DNA of 64,000 nucleotides from Selaginella moellendorffii (Eukaryota; Plantae; Lycopodiophyta): NCBI RefSeq assembly GCF_000143415.4, contig NW_003314374.1, positions 1 to 64,000 of the forward strand, read 5' to 3'. Shown piece by piece: positions 61,351 to 64,000 of this stretch (position 1 is its first letter; each line of letters starts with the position of its first letter). The notes under the pieces were generated by a model. It saw only the letters and a program-made list of their open reading frames with translations, ran no database searches and was not told where the DNA came from. The position numbers and the translations under genes were made by a program.

Positions 61351-64000
61351 TGTAGCGCATGTGGTTTTTACCCTTTATCCTATGGTGATTTACCATAGGA
61401 TAACACCACAAAGCGGAACCTAAACCCTCTTTGTGCCACGTGACAGATGCCACGTGTCCAAAGGAACGTGGTGCAGAACTCAAGGTTCAGGGTTTTGGGC
61501 CACTGAACGAAGGAATGGTGCAAAACTCCCAAGCATGGAGCCAAGGAGTGACGAAACTGAACCACGGAGCAACTCCCGAGCATACAGCCCAAGGAGCGAA
61601 GGGACAGGAGCCCGGAGCGACTTGGAACAGTCCTAGAGCAACCAGCATCCCAATGCTAGGACCAGCATGCAAAATGGAGCCAAACGAAGTCTGGTGCTAT
61701 TTCGGCATACCGGTGGCCTAACGTGAGGATATGGGTACTCCAGTAGCTAGCATGGAATGGAACTTGAGCTTAGACCCAAGCCGGACGCAAAACAAGGACA
61801 GACACGCAAGCGGAAGCTAGACTATGCCTCAGGTTGGTGGGCCATGCCCGACCTACCCATTATCCCTACTATACATTTGGAACCCCCCACAGCCCCTCCC
61901 CCCCCCCCCCCCCTTGAGGAGCACACGCTTTGGGCTTTCACCCCAAGCCTCCCTTAGTATCAGGAGTTAGTCTCTGGGACAAGCTCGAAACTTACTAAAT
62001 ATGGAATGTCTTTAGATTGCGAATTTGGACACGGGACGAACACCATTGTGTTCAGGCCGATTTCTACATTCCGTAGATATGCCAAATGAGCAAATCTGGA
62101 CACTTTCCATAAATAGCATTTGGGACCGAAATGAAACTAACACAAAGGGCATGATAGCGAGGGTGTTTGGCAGACACAATAAGCTATCATCCAGCGATAT
62201 TGAGGGACCAATCTCAATACACGAGGGTTCTTGTCACTAGCCAGTGCAAGACATAACGAGACGGGAACTCCTTACCGGGCTAAGTATGCTTAGCTAATAA
62301 CACGTAGGAATTTTGTCCTTATGCTCGTCCGGTCTAAGTACACTCGAAATGCCCAATTAACTCCACTAGCACAAGAGGGACTAATAAAGGGTCTAGCAAT
62401 ACCGACCTCCTGCCGTCGTGGTAGTAAGGTAAGAGTGTCCGTAAGGACTGGTCGACAGGTAACTTTCGATACCCGAAGTCACATTCGCGACACTCTCCCC
62501 CCCTAGGGAAGATCAACGTCTTCGTCGATGCATACTCGAGTCTAGAATACTGCCAAGGAAACAACTCCAAAAAAAGTTCACGGTACTCACACTATATGAG
62601 AAATGCACCAACTTAAATGAGTTAGGGGGCAACCTCTTTGTCTAACGCTGATGCGCTACCAACTCAGACACCTTCCGGCCGTCGCCGACAAGGAAATGAC
62701 CAACAAAGTTAGCCACCCTTGCTGCTCTGGGTGTCACCCAGCTACAAAAGTGTGATACGCCCCTACCCGCAAGGACATAGAGAGAGAAGCCAGAGGCCCC
62801 AACCCTCCTGAGCAAAGAAACCAAACCCGTCAGTAAAGTTTAGATAGACTACTGTAAACAGGCAGTTAGAGTTGTTTACACGGTCACGCCCTTTCAACGG
62901 AATAAGGAACATCGACAGAGAGGCGGGTTATGTAACCAGTCGACAGTAGCTACCCCATGACTAGAGATTTCAACATGCACACGAAGTGCCGAAGCCAGTC
63001 TGCCTATACTGGCCCAAACTTCAAAGATTAATATAGGGACTATATCAAAGTTATAGACAATGATATCTTAGAGTCGTAAGTATCATTCGATAAACTAGTA
63101 TGATAGGATAGGAACCACCAAGATCACTATTTTTGGAAAACATAGGATTCACCATCCAACAAAATTCAATAGCAAGTATATCATCAAGTAAACTCAATGA
63201 GAAAACTTAACTATCGAAGATTGGAGACAGTATGCTAAATAACTTACAAAAGATAACTCAAAGAACACAAGTATCCTTAACCAACAAGCACAATGCTCGT
63301 GAATGTATCACCCGAAGGAAATAACATCATAATCTATCAAGACTAACTCGAGCAACAATCAACAAAACAGAATGAATATGGTAAGACCAACAAACACTTA
63401 GTCATGCTAACCATCACATAAGTTAATATGAATAGATCCCGGTCAATAATACCAAGGAACTAGAGTTGCTTAAGTAAGTGTTAACAACGTCCTACCGATA
63501 TCTCAAACCCAAGAGACCAATCCAGAGCAAACCACAAAGAACATGTGGTATTGCGAAAAGCCATAAGCCACTAAAAAGAACAACTAACCACCATGAAAGA
63601 TCATCAATCATCCCATATGCAGAATCTCCAATAACTTCTAACAAATGGAACAATGAGCACAAAACTCAAAGAACCAAAACTCGAAGAAGCCTATAACCAA
63701 GTCTTGCCTAATAATGATCACAAGTCTCATAAAAGCTAACTTCAATGCGAAAGAAGAAATCATGATGCAACTCACAATATCTTCCTCAACACATCCATAA
63801 GCCAAACTTCATAATGCCAAATCTAATGAAGAGCATATCTGCATCAATCCAAAAGCTAAGTATAACGAAGCTATGCTCAACAAGTGATCATCAAACGATC
63901 CTCCATGAATCCATCTATAGCAAGACATAACTCACTTCATAACAAGCCCAAAAAGAATCATTAATGATCGCTATATCCCAAACTCAAATCCAGCAAGGAC
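61351..64000. mobile_element. Probable younger retroelement insertion (LTR-like 61351-~62661 plus non-coding flank)
   Basis: TGTAGCGCAT at 61351 and ATGCGCTAC at 62651 form inverted termini; interrupts the gag relic; no coding domain recognised. Confidence 0.35.

Overview
Gene-dense, short-intron land-plant nuclear DNA. The many intronless, S-motif-rich PPR genes, the 50-150 nt introns and the tight gene spacing suggest the lycophyte Selaginella (inference, not a database match). Bases 1-38 kb hold an extensin, a tandem array of DUF4419-like genes (one intact, the rest decaying, one folded into an inverted repeat), a BTB-NPH3 gene and four PLS-E PPR genes. They also hold a plastid membrane-protein gene, a class III peroxidase, VPS22, a patch of gene and LINE fragments, TCTP and SSU72 (divergent), a large acidic protein spanning an N gap, a 2OG-Fe(II) dioxygenase and a frameshifted microbial-type beta-propeller lactonase. 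Bases 34.7-46 kb are a tandem triplication whose middle copy carries an internal inversion. Bases 46-64 kb are mostly nested Copia/Gypsy relics, including a complete 648-bp TRIM. The most striking item is a very AT-rich island at about 53.1-54.75 kb. It carries one intronless 303-codon frame (signal peptide, unknown domain, bulb-type mannose-binding lectin) split by a single in-frame TGA, and it starts 148 bp downstream of a Gypsy LTR. Other highlights are the DUF4419-derived hairpin, head-to-head overlapping PPR coding sequences, and three separate horizontal-transfer candidates in one window.
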